A stretch of DNA of 63,278 nt, counting the filler, from Reclinomonas americana ATCC 50394 (lineage: Eukaryota), in NCBI GenBank assembly GCA_048213135.1. It is 17 parts of 17 records of this genome, joined end to end, with 100 filler letters (N's around TTAATTAATTAA, not from the genome) between each part and the next. Parts side by side here need not be neighbours in the genome. Positions count along the whole stretch, not along the records: positions 16,899 to 30,140 come from AFZH01023130.1; positions 30,241 to 31,411 come from AFZH01023131.1; positions 31,512 to 34,621 come from AFZH01023132.1; positions 34,722 to 37,085 come from AFZH01023133.1; positions 37,186 to 39,574 come from AFZH01023134.1; positions 39,675 to 43,016 come from AFZH01023135.1; 11 more parts are not named here. One strand, 5' to 3'. Within the stretch, counting starts at the first letter, position 1, and the number at the start of each line of letters is the position of its first letter. The position numbers and the translations under genes are program-made. The notes under the pieces are model-generated. The model did not search any database. It was not told the origin of the DNA and saw only the letters and a list, made by a program, of their open reading frames with translations. Of this stretch, positions 29,293 through 40,575 are shown in pieces.

Positions 29293-29993
29293 GATGACTC
29301 GCCTGTCGGACAACAAGAAGGACGATGCATTGTGGCGGACAGCACCAGCTTCCTGTCGGTGTTGCCCCACTGCATGCACTGCAATATTCACTCTTTGCGC
29401 AGATCACGAGAGGGATGTGGAAAAAGTGTTTGCGCAGTCCAATGCAAGACGATCGACGTCGACCGCGAGTCTGCCCATGTTGTGTCGTCGGGACAGCAAG
29501 CGCTCTCGGCGAGAGAATCCACCAAGTACGCAATGCATGCATGTTATCGAAACAGTAGCCGTCGGTCTTTCCTGCCTCGCTGCGATGTGCCATCGCAACT
29601 CATGTACGGCTCTGCAGCCTCGCATGACGATGAAATCGGCATGCGAGAGACCATTCACCTCTTGCCCCTGCCCGGTGGTCACGAACACGTACAACACCCA
29701 CTCGCCATCATCCTTTACCACCACAGAAACTCGCCTTCGCTTTGCAATGTAAGGCACGCAATGAAACACTCTCACACAAAAGAATACCAATCACGAGCGC
29801 AGGGGCGATCCACTGCGCCGTCCACTCATATGCACCGTCTCCCGCCGCAGTACCTCCAACAGCGTGTTCGCCGACTCGACAATCTGCGGCACAGGAAGAG
29901 GGTTGGACGCGTCGAAAGCGAACAGCTCGATTCACAGAGTCTTACTCTCACGATCGATCGTTCAGCAACAGCATCTCGCTCATACAAGACCGC

Positions 29994-30082
<89 letters not shown>

Positions 30083-30344
30083 CTACGTCTCGTACTCGTC
30101 TCTACTCTCTCGTCTCTACTCTCGTCTCTACGTACTACGTNNNNNNNNNNNNNNNNNNNNNNNNNNNNNNNNNNNNNNNNNNNNTTAATTAATTAANNNN
30201 NNNNNNNNNNNNNNNNNNNNNNNNNNNNNNNNNNNNNNNNACGTTACCGTTACCTTCCTTACCGAACGTACGTACTACGTTCCGTTACGACGAACCAACG
30301 ACGACTACTCCGTCGTCCTACTAACTAACGAACCGACCGCACCC

Positions 30345-30383
<39 letters not shown>

Positions 30384-30505
30384 CTCCCTCTTTCCCTCTT
30401 GCATGATCGCTTGCATCTCTCAGGTGATGATCGATACTCGCGTGAACTCTCCCTCAATTGCTCACTCGTTGTCTTCCGCAATAAACCCGTGTCTTGGCGT
30501 CTGTG

Positions 30506-31085
30506 CTCTCTGCATATCTCCCTCGATCGCCAAGTCGAGAAAGAGAAAATGGTTGAGCGAGGAGCGAGAAGGGAGTGGAAGATCAACCGAGTCAGCGCGA
30601 CAGAGAGGAAGGCGAAAAAGTGGAGCGACAGAGCTTGGAGAGACATCTCTCAACGCAGTCTCTTGCGCTCCCTCACTTTCTCTCTTCTTTTCCATACATT
30701 CTATATCCTCACTGCCTGTCTCGATAGTAGCTCGACAAGTTGCTCTCGTGCATACTGCAGTCTAGATCGCTAATTCGCAGCCTCTCTCGAACTCAGTTCG
30801 GGTAACACAGTCTTTTGTGCGTTCACTCTCTGCATGTCTCTCTCGATCGCCAAGTCGAGAAAGAGAAAATGGTTGAGCGAGGAGCGAGAAGGGAGAGTAA
30901 GAGGAGCAATCAACTGAGTCAGCGCGACAGAGAGAAAAGCGACAGTGTTTGGAGAGACATCGCTCAACGCAGTCTCTTGCGCTCCCTCACTTTCTCGCTT
31001 CTTTTCCATACATTCTATATCCTCACTGCCTGTCTCGATAGTAGCTCGACAAGTTGCTCTCGTGCACACTGCAGTCTAGATCGCT
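30506..31085. repeat. ~260-bp direct repeat (30506-30771 and 30826-31085)
   Basis: Near-identical tcgatcgccaagtcgagaaagagaaaatgg...ctgcagtctagatcgct. Related to the array spacer near 20715-20935. Confidence 0.9.
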
Positions 31086-31520
31086 TTCACACAGCCGCTC
31101 AATCACAGCCTATCTCAAGCAAGCTTTGTCTCCCCGATCGAATGTTTGAGTGTTAGGGAGAATGACACAGAGGGAAAGAGAGTGAGGCGCGATCAACCAC
31201 GCGAGACTGAACTTCTCCAAGGCGCTTCTCGCTTGATCGCTCCTCTCTCTTTTTTCTTTTTCTCTCATCTCATGTATGAACGCTGTCACATCTCTGTCTC
31301 TCAGCCCCATCTCTGCCTGATCGCTCCTCTCTCTGCTTTTTGTAACTCACTTCCTCCTCTGTCACAGCCGCAATCGCCTGATCGTTCATCCTTCCCACTT
31401 TCCCCTCTATCNNNNNNNNNNNNNNNNNNNNNNNNNNNNNNNNNNNNNNNNNNNNTTAATTAATTAANNNNNNNNNNNNNNNNNNNNNNNNNNNNNNNNN
31501 NNNNNNNNNNNCTCCTCCTC

Positions 31521-31575
<55 letters not shown>

Positions 31576-31593
31576 TTCCCTCCTCCCTCTCAC

Positions 31594-31983
31594 CTTTCGA
31601 TACGCCGCCTCCGTATCAACAATCGTCTGATCATACGCCCTCACACTCTCATCCTTGCGCTCAAGAGACTCCTGAATGCGTTGCCACTGTATGACCACAC
31701 ACACACAGAGAATGAGTCACAGTGAGCGCACCTCACTCAACGAGACACACACGCACACACACTCACTCGCTCATTCAAGATCGCCAAGTCGTGCTCCACT
31801 GCAAGCCGCTCCTCTTGCTCACGAAGGATCTGCGTGTCACTCAGTGAGTGAGAGTGAGAGTGACACACAGAGTGTGCGCAAGACCTCATGTGCAAGTTCC
31901 TCTCTTCGCTGACGCAGTGACTCTATCGACTCGACAAGCTCATTGTTGATCGCTTGCAAGTTGGCGCCAGACGCGCTGGCCAT
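31594..31983 (-). CDS. SSNA1: SSNA1/NA14/DIP13 microtubule/basal-body coiled-coil protein (last exon not found)
   Basis: Three exons: MASASGANLQAINNELVESIESLRQRREELAHE / ILREQEERLAVEHDLAILNER / WQRIQESLERKDESVRAYDQTIVDTEAAYRK. Followed by a donor site and a gap. Confidence 0.88.
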
Positions 31984-32011
31984 TGCTCTCTCCCCTTGGC
32001 ACAATCAAAGT

Positions 32012-35000
32012 TTATGCGTCCTCCGCCTCGTCCTCCACCAAGAACTCTGCAATGCTGGCGCGAAGTTCCTCGCGGTTGACGCGACGTATGGCTGCTGGCA
32101 TTGTCTCGTCGTCTGAGCTCCCGTTGCGCAGTTCGGAGAGGGTTACGCGGCAGGCGTAGCAGAAGAGTGGCAGCTGCTGGGGAACGTCGTGAAGGTCCGA
32201 GGTGGTGAGTGGGCCCTGGCAGAGCGGGCAGACGAGGTCGGCGGGCGATGGTGGGGTGTGGAGGAGGTCGCAGGCGCGGAGGATTTTGTGGACGGTGGAG
32301 GGGAAGCGGGATTGCAGGTCGCAGACGAAGCCTGAAAGGAGGGGAAGGGGGTGAGAAGGGAGAAGAAGGGGGAAGAGAGAAGGGAGAAGGAACAACAGGC
32401 AAGTGCGACGACAACGCTCATGATTCCATTGGAGAAAAGGATCGTGCTGGAAGAGAGAGAGACAGAAGTGGGGAGTGTGCTGATCCGCAAACAACTCTGC
32501 CAACAAGCAACAACACGGCGCTGAACAGAGATAGCAAGGCAAGAAGTGAGCAACTCAAGAAATGAAGCCCAGGCTCGCGCAACAGACTAAAAACCGCAGA
32601 ACAACTTTGGAAGTTCCTGGTCACAGCGAGACAAAGACAGAGAACAAACGGAACAGATTGAACTGAGGAATAAAAGCGAGGAAGCCCAGATGCGCGCAAG
32701 AGATTGATACTGCAGCACAACCCCGGAAGCAGAGGAGGCACGACGCACAGCCGTCTGTAACATGCGGCGACGAGGCAGAGTGCGACAACAGACGAGGCCA
32801 AGAAGCACGCAAAAAGGAAATCCGCAATCTTCCAACGGGTGACTGAGACAACAAACAACGGGCAAGGTTTCAAGTGAGGGAGGCAAGAGACGAAGCCCGA
32901 AAGCGTGCAGGAGCTGAAACCACGGAACATCCCGTGCTGTCAAGACACAACGCGCAGCTGACTGTTGACTGCAGACACAGAAATGCTACGAGCGAGAGAA
33001 ACAGGAGATGAAGCTTGGAAGTGGAAAAGCCCTGAAAACTGACGCAGCGAAAGAGACAGACGAATAAGAAAGGCTGGGAGTAAGTAAACAGTAGGTGCAG
33101 TCCAGAAGCGCTATTCCCCGAAACAACACACACGGAGACAGAGTCAGACACTAACTTGTCAAGCGCGCAAGCTCTCTCGTCTCCCTCCCTCCCTCTGCCT
33201 CCCTCCCTTCCCCTGCTCTCCCTCATCCCTTCCCCTCTTCCCACCTTCCGTTAATCTATCAATACTTGACGTCAAATCCGTGCCCGTGGTCACCGCCCGC
33301 AGCACCGGAAACTGCAGACGCCCCGCGAATCGCATGTACAGCGCGGTCTCCGCCGCCGTCACCTCGCGCATCGGCCGCACATACGACAATCCCAGTGCCG
33401 GCGTCCCTCCATTGCTGCGCAGCGCCACATCCACCGGCAACGAGGCGCCGCGACCCTTGCCAACCGAGGCCAGCACGCGAATGGCCAGCGACGTGGCATT
33501 GCCGCACAGGAACACCACCTCATGTCCGTGCTCCCGCGCAAAGTCCACAATCAACTGCTGTCGCAGCGCCGCGATGAGGTCCTCGCGCGCCGTCAACGTG
33601 GACGCCGACGACAGCCACTGTCGCAAGCGTTCCTCGCAGTCGGCGTCGGTTTCGGTGACGGAGGCGGCGGAGGGATCACGCATGGCGGCCGCCAGTGGCA
33701 CAATGCTCACTGCGCCGCGAGTGTAGTCGCCCAGCGCGGTGCGCACGGCGTCTTGAAAGGCCGCGCGCTGCACACAATTATGAGGGAGAGGAGGAGTAGG
33801 ATGAGGAGGACAAGGAGGTGGAGGAAAACCTCCTCTTCTGGAGCCGGTGATATGGCGCACTCGTCAATGTGCAGCACGGCCATTTCTATGCGGCGTGGAT
33901 TGCGTGGTTGAATGCGGCCGATAAAGTCGCTCATGATGTGGAAGAGGGCGCTGCGGGGGAAGCGAGAAAGTGAGAAGAAGGAGGGAGAAGAGAAGGAGAA
34001 GAGATGGGGAAGGAGGGAGAAGGAGGGAGAAGGAGGGAGAAGGGAGGGACAAGGAGGAGGAGCGGAAGGAGGGAGAATGGGAGAAGACAAGGGGAACACA
34101 AGGGGAAGACAAGGGGGAACACAAGGGGAATATGAAGGGAAACACAAGGGGAACACAAGGGGGAACACAAGGGGAACACAAGGGGAACACAAGGGGAATA
34201 TGAAGGGAAACACAAGGGGAACACAAGGGGAACACGAGGGGAGCACGAGGGGAACACGAGGGGAAGACAAGGGAAAGACGACGGGAACACAAGGGGAATA
34301 CAAGGGGAACACGAAGGGGAACACAAGGGGGAACACAAGGGGGAACACAAGGGGGAACACAAGGGGGAACACAAGGGGGAACACAAGGGGGAACACAAGG
34401 GGGAACACAAGGGGGAACACAAGGGGAACACAAGGGGAACACAAGGGGAACAACAAGGGGAACACAAGGGGAACACAAGGGGAACACAAGGGGAACACAA
34501 GGGGAACACAAGGGGAACACAAGGGGAACTCAAGGGGAACTCAAGGGGAACTCAAGGGGAACTCAAGGGGAACTCAAGGGGAACTCAAGGGGAACTCAAG
34601 GGGAACTCAAGGGGAACTCAANNNNNNNNNNNNNNNNNNNNNNNNNNNNNNNNNNNNNNNNNNNNTTAATTAATTAANNNNNNNNNNNNNNNNNNNNNNN
34701 NNNNNNNNNNNNNNNNNNNNNGGGAACACAAGGGGAACACGAGGGGAACACGAGGGGGAACACGAGGGGGAACACGAAAAGACAAGGGAGAAGACAAGGG
34801 GAACACAAGGGGAACACAAGGGGAGCACAAGGGGAGCACGAAGGGGAACACGAGGAGAACACAAGGGGAACACAAGGGGAACACAAGGGGGAACACAAGG
34901 GGAACACGAAGGGAACACAAGGGGAACACAAGGAGAACACACAGGGGAACACACAGGGGAACACACTGGGAACACGAGGGGGAACGGGGAAGGTAAGGGG

Positions 35001-35960
35001 AAGACAAGGAGAATGCGAGGGGAACACGACATGAACACAAGGTAAAGGTGGAAGAAGGAAGACGGAAAGGGGACCACGAAGGGGGGAGAGCGCAACAACA
35101 AAGTCTCTTCGTATCTTTCCCATCCCGCCTTGCCCTTCCCCCCGCATCCCCAGTCACCCTCCCTCCCACACACACGCACACTCACCGCGACGACTGCCCT
35201 CCAGAAAACGCCAACAAACACGAAAACGATCGCGGCAACTCACACCGATTCGTAATCGTGTCGTGCACCTTGGACGTAAACAATCGCACAAAGCACTCCC
35301 TTGAAACAACGAAAAAACAAACAAAAAAGAGGGCAAGTCAGTGTGTGAGAGAGTGGGAAGGGGGAAGGGAGGACTTGTCTCAGTCACATTCTGTTGTCCT
35401 CTTTCTATCTCTCTCTCGTCTCTCTGTTTTCTCTTCTTATTTCCTCACTCAGAGGCTCTCTCCTTGCTCTCCCACTGCCTCACTCACTCCTCTCTCTCTC
35501 TCTCTCTCTCTCAATCTCTCACTCACTCACTCACTCGTTGATTTTCTGTCCCTTTTCTGACCCTCACATTCCATTTCTCCCCTTTTTCTCTCTCCCAGTC
35601 TCTCACTGACACCCTCTCATACCCTTCACACTCACTCGCACACACTTTCTCACTCTCTCCCTCACACACACGCACACACACTCTTTCATTAAAATTTCTC
35701 ACTCTCACACTCACTCACTCTCACCTGCACACAGCCTTCTCCCGCCACATCGCCGCCGGCTTCACCGCTGCACACTGCGAGCATCCACCTGCACCACGCG
35801 ACGCACCTCGACGCTGTCACACAAAACAAAGTGAGACAAACAAAAAAAGACATGCCGACGTTCACTGATTTTCCGCTCCCCATCGACTCACCAGTGGCGG
35901 ATCAGGCGCGTCATGGCAATCACCCTCGCCTGCACCGCCTCCGCACGACGAGGATGCCAT
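32012..35960 (-). CDS. CTU2: Cytoplasmic tRNA 2-thiolation protein 2
   Basis: Six exons: MASSSCGGG.., CSQC..VCRECF, LLAFSGGQSS, LHIDE, TAREDL..LRQQL..LAIRVLASVGKGRG..VRPMRE..SIDRLTE, LQSRFPSTV..CPLC..CYAC. Confidence 0.9.
34085..35030. repeat. Intronic 11-12-bp minisatellite (GGGGAACACAA / GGGGAACTCAA)
   Basis: Directly visible tandem array inside a CTU2 intron, spanning a gap. Confidence 0.95.
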
Positions 35961-36310
35961 AAAGTGGGGAAATGAAGCGTGTCCTTTGCGTCCTCGTGTC
36001 CCGAGCAACAACGTTCACGGCGTTCCACTCTGTGGGCGTATGAATGACGGATCAGGCGTGTCATGGCAATCGCCTTCACCTGCACCACCTCCGCACGATG
36101 AGGCTGGCATTGGATGGGGGAATACAGATTGTCCATTGCGTCCTTGTGTCCCGAGAAACAACGTTCACGGCTATCTCCTCCGCCGACTTTTGAAGACGGA
36201 TCGTGCGCATCATGGCAGTCACCCTCGCCTACATCGCCTCCACACGATGAAGAAGCCGTGGAGTGAGGAAATACGGAGTGTCCTTTGTGTCCTTGTGTCC
36301 CATGCGACCT
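35890..36310. repeat. Three ~150-bp copies of the CTU2 start exon plus upstream sequence
   Basis: cggatc..gcg..tcatggca.tc.cc.tc.cct.ca.c.cctcc.cacga..a..gtcctt...gtgtccc recurs at ~35897, ~36048 and ~36197. Confidence 0.85.
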
Positions 36311-36358
36311 TTTTCACTTTTTCCAAGTTCGTGAGAGAGTGAGTGAGAGTGTGATAGG

Positions 36359-38324
36359 ATGGATGTGCCTCCTGCTGCGTTGAAGCCGCTGCTTCCGTTT
36401 CTCAAGTGCAGTGAGGAGTTGGCGGAGAAGCACCCGCTCATTGCTTATTATTGTTGAGTGTTTTGTGGAGGAGGAAGAGGAGGCAGAGAGAGAGAGAGAG
36501 AGAGGGAAGAGAGGAGAACTTTGTCTGTGTGCTACTGTGTGTGAGAGAGTGAGTGAGGATTCTGTGTGCATTGTGATTACTGTGTTCTCCTGTGCATTGT
36601 TGTCCCGTTCTTCACTCTCTCACTGCGAGGGTGAGGACTCTCAGTGAGCAAGACTCTGTTCTTCTTGTCCCTTCTCTCTCTCTTATTCTCACTCTCCCTG
36701 TCCCTTTCTCTTGTTTCTCTTGTCTCCTTTTCTCTCACTCTCCTCTCCCTCTCTTCTCTCCACCTCCTTTCCACCCTGTCTCTGCTTCCCTCTCGTGGTT
36801 GACTGCTGCCCGCACACACGAAGCAAGCTGTGTTCTTCTCTTCTCTTCTCTTCTCTTTCTCTCTTTCTCTCTCTCTCTCTCACACACACCTTTCCTCTCC
36901 TCCTGTCTCTCTTTGTCTTCTCCAACTCTCTCTCCCTTTCCTCCGCTCTTTTCCTGCTTCTTGCGCGGGGCTTCTTCCTGAGACACTGAGCAAGACTCTG
37001 TTCTTCTTGTCCTTCTCTCTCCCTCCTCCCCCCCCTCTCTCTCTCTCTCTCTCTCTCGTCCTCGCACGCACGACGACGGAGTACGNNNNNNNNNNNNNNN
37101 NNNNNNNNNNNNNNNNNNNNNNNNNNNNNTTAATTAATTAANNNNNNNNNNNNNNNNNNNNNNNNNNNNNNNNNNNNNNNNNNNNTCCGTTCCTTTCCCT
37201 TTTCGTTTTCCCGTCCGGGGACCGGTTCGGTTCCGTTCGTACGTACGTACGTACGACGACGACGACTACTTCTTCTTCTTCTCTTCTCTCTCTCCCCCCC
37301 CCCCCCCTCCCCCGTCTCTCTCTCTCTCTCTCCCCCTCAGCTGTCTCTCTTCTTTACTCTTCTCTTTTTTCCTTCTCGTCTCTCTCTCTCTCTTTCTCTC
37401 TCTCCTCTCTACTCTCTCTGTCTCCTTTCCACCCTTTCTCTGCTTCCCTCTCGCGGTTGACTGCCCGTACACACTGAGCAAGACTCTTGTTCACTCGTCC
37501 CTCTCCTCTCTTCTTCTTCCTCTGTGCTCCGTCGAGAATGCAAGTGACTTCCACTCTGCTCAGTGGGCAAGGTACCTTTACCTTCTCGTTCACTCTCTCA
37601 CTTTATGTTATTGGGAGAGAAAGGATTCGAAGGACTTCTCTCTCTCTCTCTCCCTCCCTCCCTGTTTCTTTCTTTCTCTCTTTGTCTCTTGTCTCTCTCT
37701 ACTCCATCCATTCCCTGTCCTTGCCGTGCACTTCTCCTGCTTCATCGATTCTGCCTCTCTGTCTCACACTCACTGCCTCCGTTGTCACTCCCTCTCTCTG
37801 GTTTCTCTCTCTCTCTCCCTATCCCTCCCTCCGTCTCTCTCACTTCTCATCTCCCTTCTCATCTCCCTTCTGATCTCCCTCCCCCTCCCTCTCACCTCCC
37901 TCACCCTTCCCCCTCCCTTCCCCACCCCTTTCCCCCTCCCTGCAGGCGCCCAATACGCCGCCGAACGCGGCCTCGTCATTCGCAACTCCAACCCCGGCGA
38001 CGCCACCATCCTTCCGTACCTGCTTGGCCTGCTGGATCGCCTGGAGGAGGCCAAACGCGAGCTGAAGCCGAACCCGCAGCAGGGACGCGAGGAGATGGAG
38101 GTGTTTGCGCTCAAGCTGTTTGACGCCGCCGATCGAGTGTGGGAGACGCCGCAGGCGTCCAAGGTGACGGTGAAGCAGTTTTACACGTCGGCCACAATTC
38201 TCGAGGCCACTGGGCAGTTTGGCGCGTTGAGTGAGGACATTGCCACGCGCATGAATGTTGCGCACAGTGTGGAGATTGGGGAAGGGTAAAAGAAGTGGGC
38301 GTCGCTGCGATTGTACATCTCTCT

Positions 38325-38371
<47 letters not shown>

Positions 38372-40082
38372 TTCATTTTCTACTTTCTTTTTTTGCTTTC
38401 TTCTCTCTGTGTCTCTCTGTCTTTCTCTCTCTATCTGTCTGTTTCTCTCGGTCTCTCTCTTTCTCTCTCTTTTCGTTTCTTACTCCTCTCTGTCTGTGTC
38501 TTTCTCGCTCGCTTCGTTTCTTTCTTTCTTTCTGCTTGCGCACGTTACGAAGACGGAATTTTTCCTTTCTCTGTCACTGTCATTCGTCTTGTAGTTCCTG
38601 TCTAATCTCTTGGTTTGTTGTCGTCATCGTGGGTTGCCTCGCTCGCCTCGTCGGTCTTGTTGTCCTTGTCATCCAACCGCTGCCCTTTCCTGTTACTCTT
38701 CATTGTTCTCTTCGGCTGTTTCCGCGCCTTGGTGCGCACACGCTGAGCCGACATTGACTTTCGTTTCTGTTGGTTCCATCCTACTCTTCCCCATCTCTTC
38801 CCCCTTCTCTCCCCCCTTCTCCCCTCTTCTCTCCCCCATGTCTTCCCCCATGTCTTCCCCCTTCGTCTTCCCCCTTCGTCTTCCCCTTCGTCTTCCCCCT
38901 TCGTCTTCCCCCTTCGTCTTCCCCCTTTCTTTTCTCCCTCCTCTTCCCCCTTCCGTCTTTCCCCTTCCGTCTTTCCCCTTCCGTCTTTCCCCTTCCGTCT
39001 TCCCCCATGGTCTTCCTCCATGGTCTTCCCCCGTGGTCTTCCCCCCTCTCTTCCCCATCTCTTCCCCCATCTCTTCCCCCATCTCTCCCCAATCTCTTCC
39101 TCCTTCTCTGCCTCCCATCGCTTCCCCCTTTTCTGCCCCTTGTCTTCCCCCTTGTCTTCCCCCTTATCTTCCCCCACTCTTCCCCCACTCTTCCCCACTC
39201 TTCCCCCACTCTTCCCCACTCTTCCCCCACTCTTCCACCACTCTTCCACCTTCTCTTCCCCCTGTCATCCTCTCTTCTCCCTCCCTTCCCCCATCACTCC
39301 CTTCCCTCCCTTCCCTCCCTTCCCTCCCTTCCCTCCCTTCCCTCCCTTCCCTCCCTTCCCTCCCTTCCCTCTCTTCCCCCTCACATCTTCCTTCCCCTCC
39401 CCCTCGCAGGCCGGCAAGATGTTCGCGCAACAACTCGCCGCCCGACTGAAGGCTCAGGGTGGCGGCCAACCCGTCCCCGGCGGCGGCAGTGGCAGCGCAC
39501 CACCACCACCACCACGACCGTCGCCGGCCGCTGCCGCCCAACCACCGCCGCCACCTCCCCCTCCGGCTTCACAANNNNNNNNNNNNNNNNNNNNNNNNNN
39601 NNNNNNNNNNNNNNNNNNTTAATTAATTAANNNNNNNNNNNNNNNNNNNNNNNNNNNNNNNNNNNNNNNNNNNNGGCTTTGTCCCGCGGCCATCGGTGCC
39701 GCAGCAGCCACCCCCGTCGTTCCCGGCGTACGGACCACCACCCGTGTATCCCCCACCTGCGCCCGCCGCGAGTGCGCCCACGTACTCGACGTATGCGGCC
39801 CCTGCACCGGCCGCCGCCACACAACCAGCCGCCGCCTCGAATGGCCCGCCCGTCGGTGGCGCCCCGAGTGGATTCCAACCGTTCTCGGGACCACCGCCGG
39901 CGCACTTGTCGGCCAGCGGACGATCGTCGCACGGCGCAGTGGCCGCATCCACAGCGTCGCTCGACACGGTGTGCGAGGCGCAGAAATTCGCCAAGTTCGC
40001 CGTCTCCGCGTTGCAGTTCAACGACATTAATACGGCCGTGATCAACTTGCAAAAAGCGCTGGATCTGCTGACCAGACAGTGA
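36359..40082 (+). CDS. VTA1: Vps4 cofactor VTA1/LIP5 (ESCRT)
   Basis: Exons 36359-36452, 37946-38256 and 39410-(gap)-40082. LKPLLPFLKCSEEL..PLIAYYCAQYA, FALKLFDAAD, FYTSATILE, Pro-rich linker, VSL motif AQKFAKFAVSALQFNDINTAVINLQKALDLL. Confidence 0.93.
38785..39385. repeat. Intronic pyrimidine minisatellites (TCTTCCCC-type units, CCCTCCCTT)
   Basis: Visible tandem 9-12-mers in VTA1 intron 2. Confidence 0.9.
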
Positions 40083-40139
40083 GTACGGTTGGTGTGTGTG
40101 TGCATGACTGGAGTGTACAGATTTCAGAAGTGTCAAATA

Positions 40140-40575
40140 GAAGAGTGCATTGTGTGGTTGTGGAGTGGTCGCTCTCACTGTGTCGACAGCTTCCGCTGCA
40201 CGCTTTCGGATTGCGAGTGTTCAAAAATAAACTACGAGCACATTGTTTTGTTGTGGAGTGGCGTGGACTCTCACTGCGTCACTGGATTGGACGACAGCTT
40301 CCGCACGGTCTTGGATTGAGTGTGCAAAGCGTGGACTCTCACTCCGACGACAGCTTCCGCCGCACGGTCTCGGATTGAGAGTGTTCAAAAAGAAACTGCG
40401 ATACGTGGTTGTGGAGTGGTCGCTCTCACTGCGTCGACAGCTGCCGTCGCACGTTCTCGGATTGAGAGTGTTCAAAAAGAAACTACGAGTACATTGTGTG
40501 GTTGTGGAGTGGTGTGGACTCTCACTGTGTCACCGGATTGGACGACAGCTTCCGCCGCACGGTCTTGGATTGAGA
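40140..40575. repeat. ~5-6 degenerate 70-100-bp copies of a gene 3' end
   Basis: gttgtggagtgg..ctctcact..gacagcttccgccgcacggtct.ggattgagagtgttcaaaa. The last copy contains the stop codon of the minus-strand gene. Confidence 0.85.

Larger units (their letters stand above)
16900..29720. repeat. Tandem triplication, unit ~4.4-4.5 kb
   Basis: Equivalent stop codons at 16929, 21359 and 25866. Exons, introns and spacers are all recognisably paralogous; spacer-like sequence continues to ~31330. Confidence 0.97.

Noticed and set aside
29690..29900. Faint resemblance to a PIF1/Helitron helicase C-terminus (KLAFAL..RVRRLDNL)
   Set aside because: The pieces lie in different frames, lack the HKSQG and YVALSR cores, and are not conserved in the other two spacers.
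34085..35030. Telomere-like G-rich repeat
   Set aside because: 11-12-bp variable unit internal to a CTU2 intron; an ordinary minisatellite.
40140..40575. CRISPR-like array
   Set aside because: The whole unit is repeated and degenerate, has no unique spacers, and derives from a gene 3' end.
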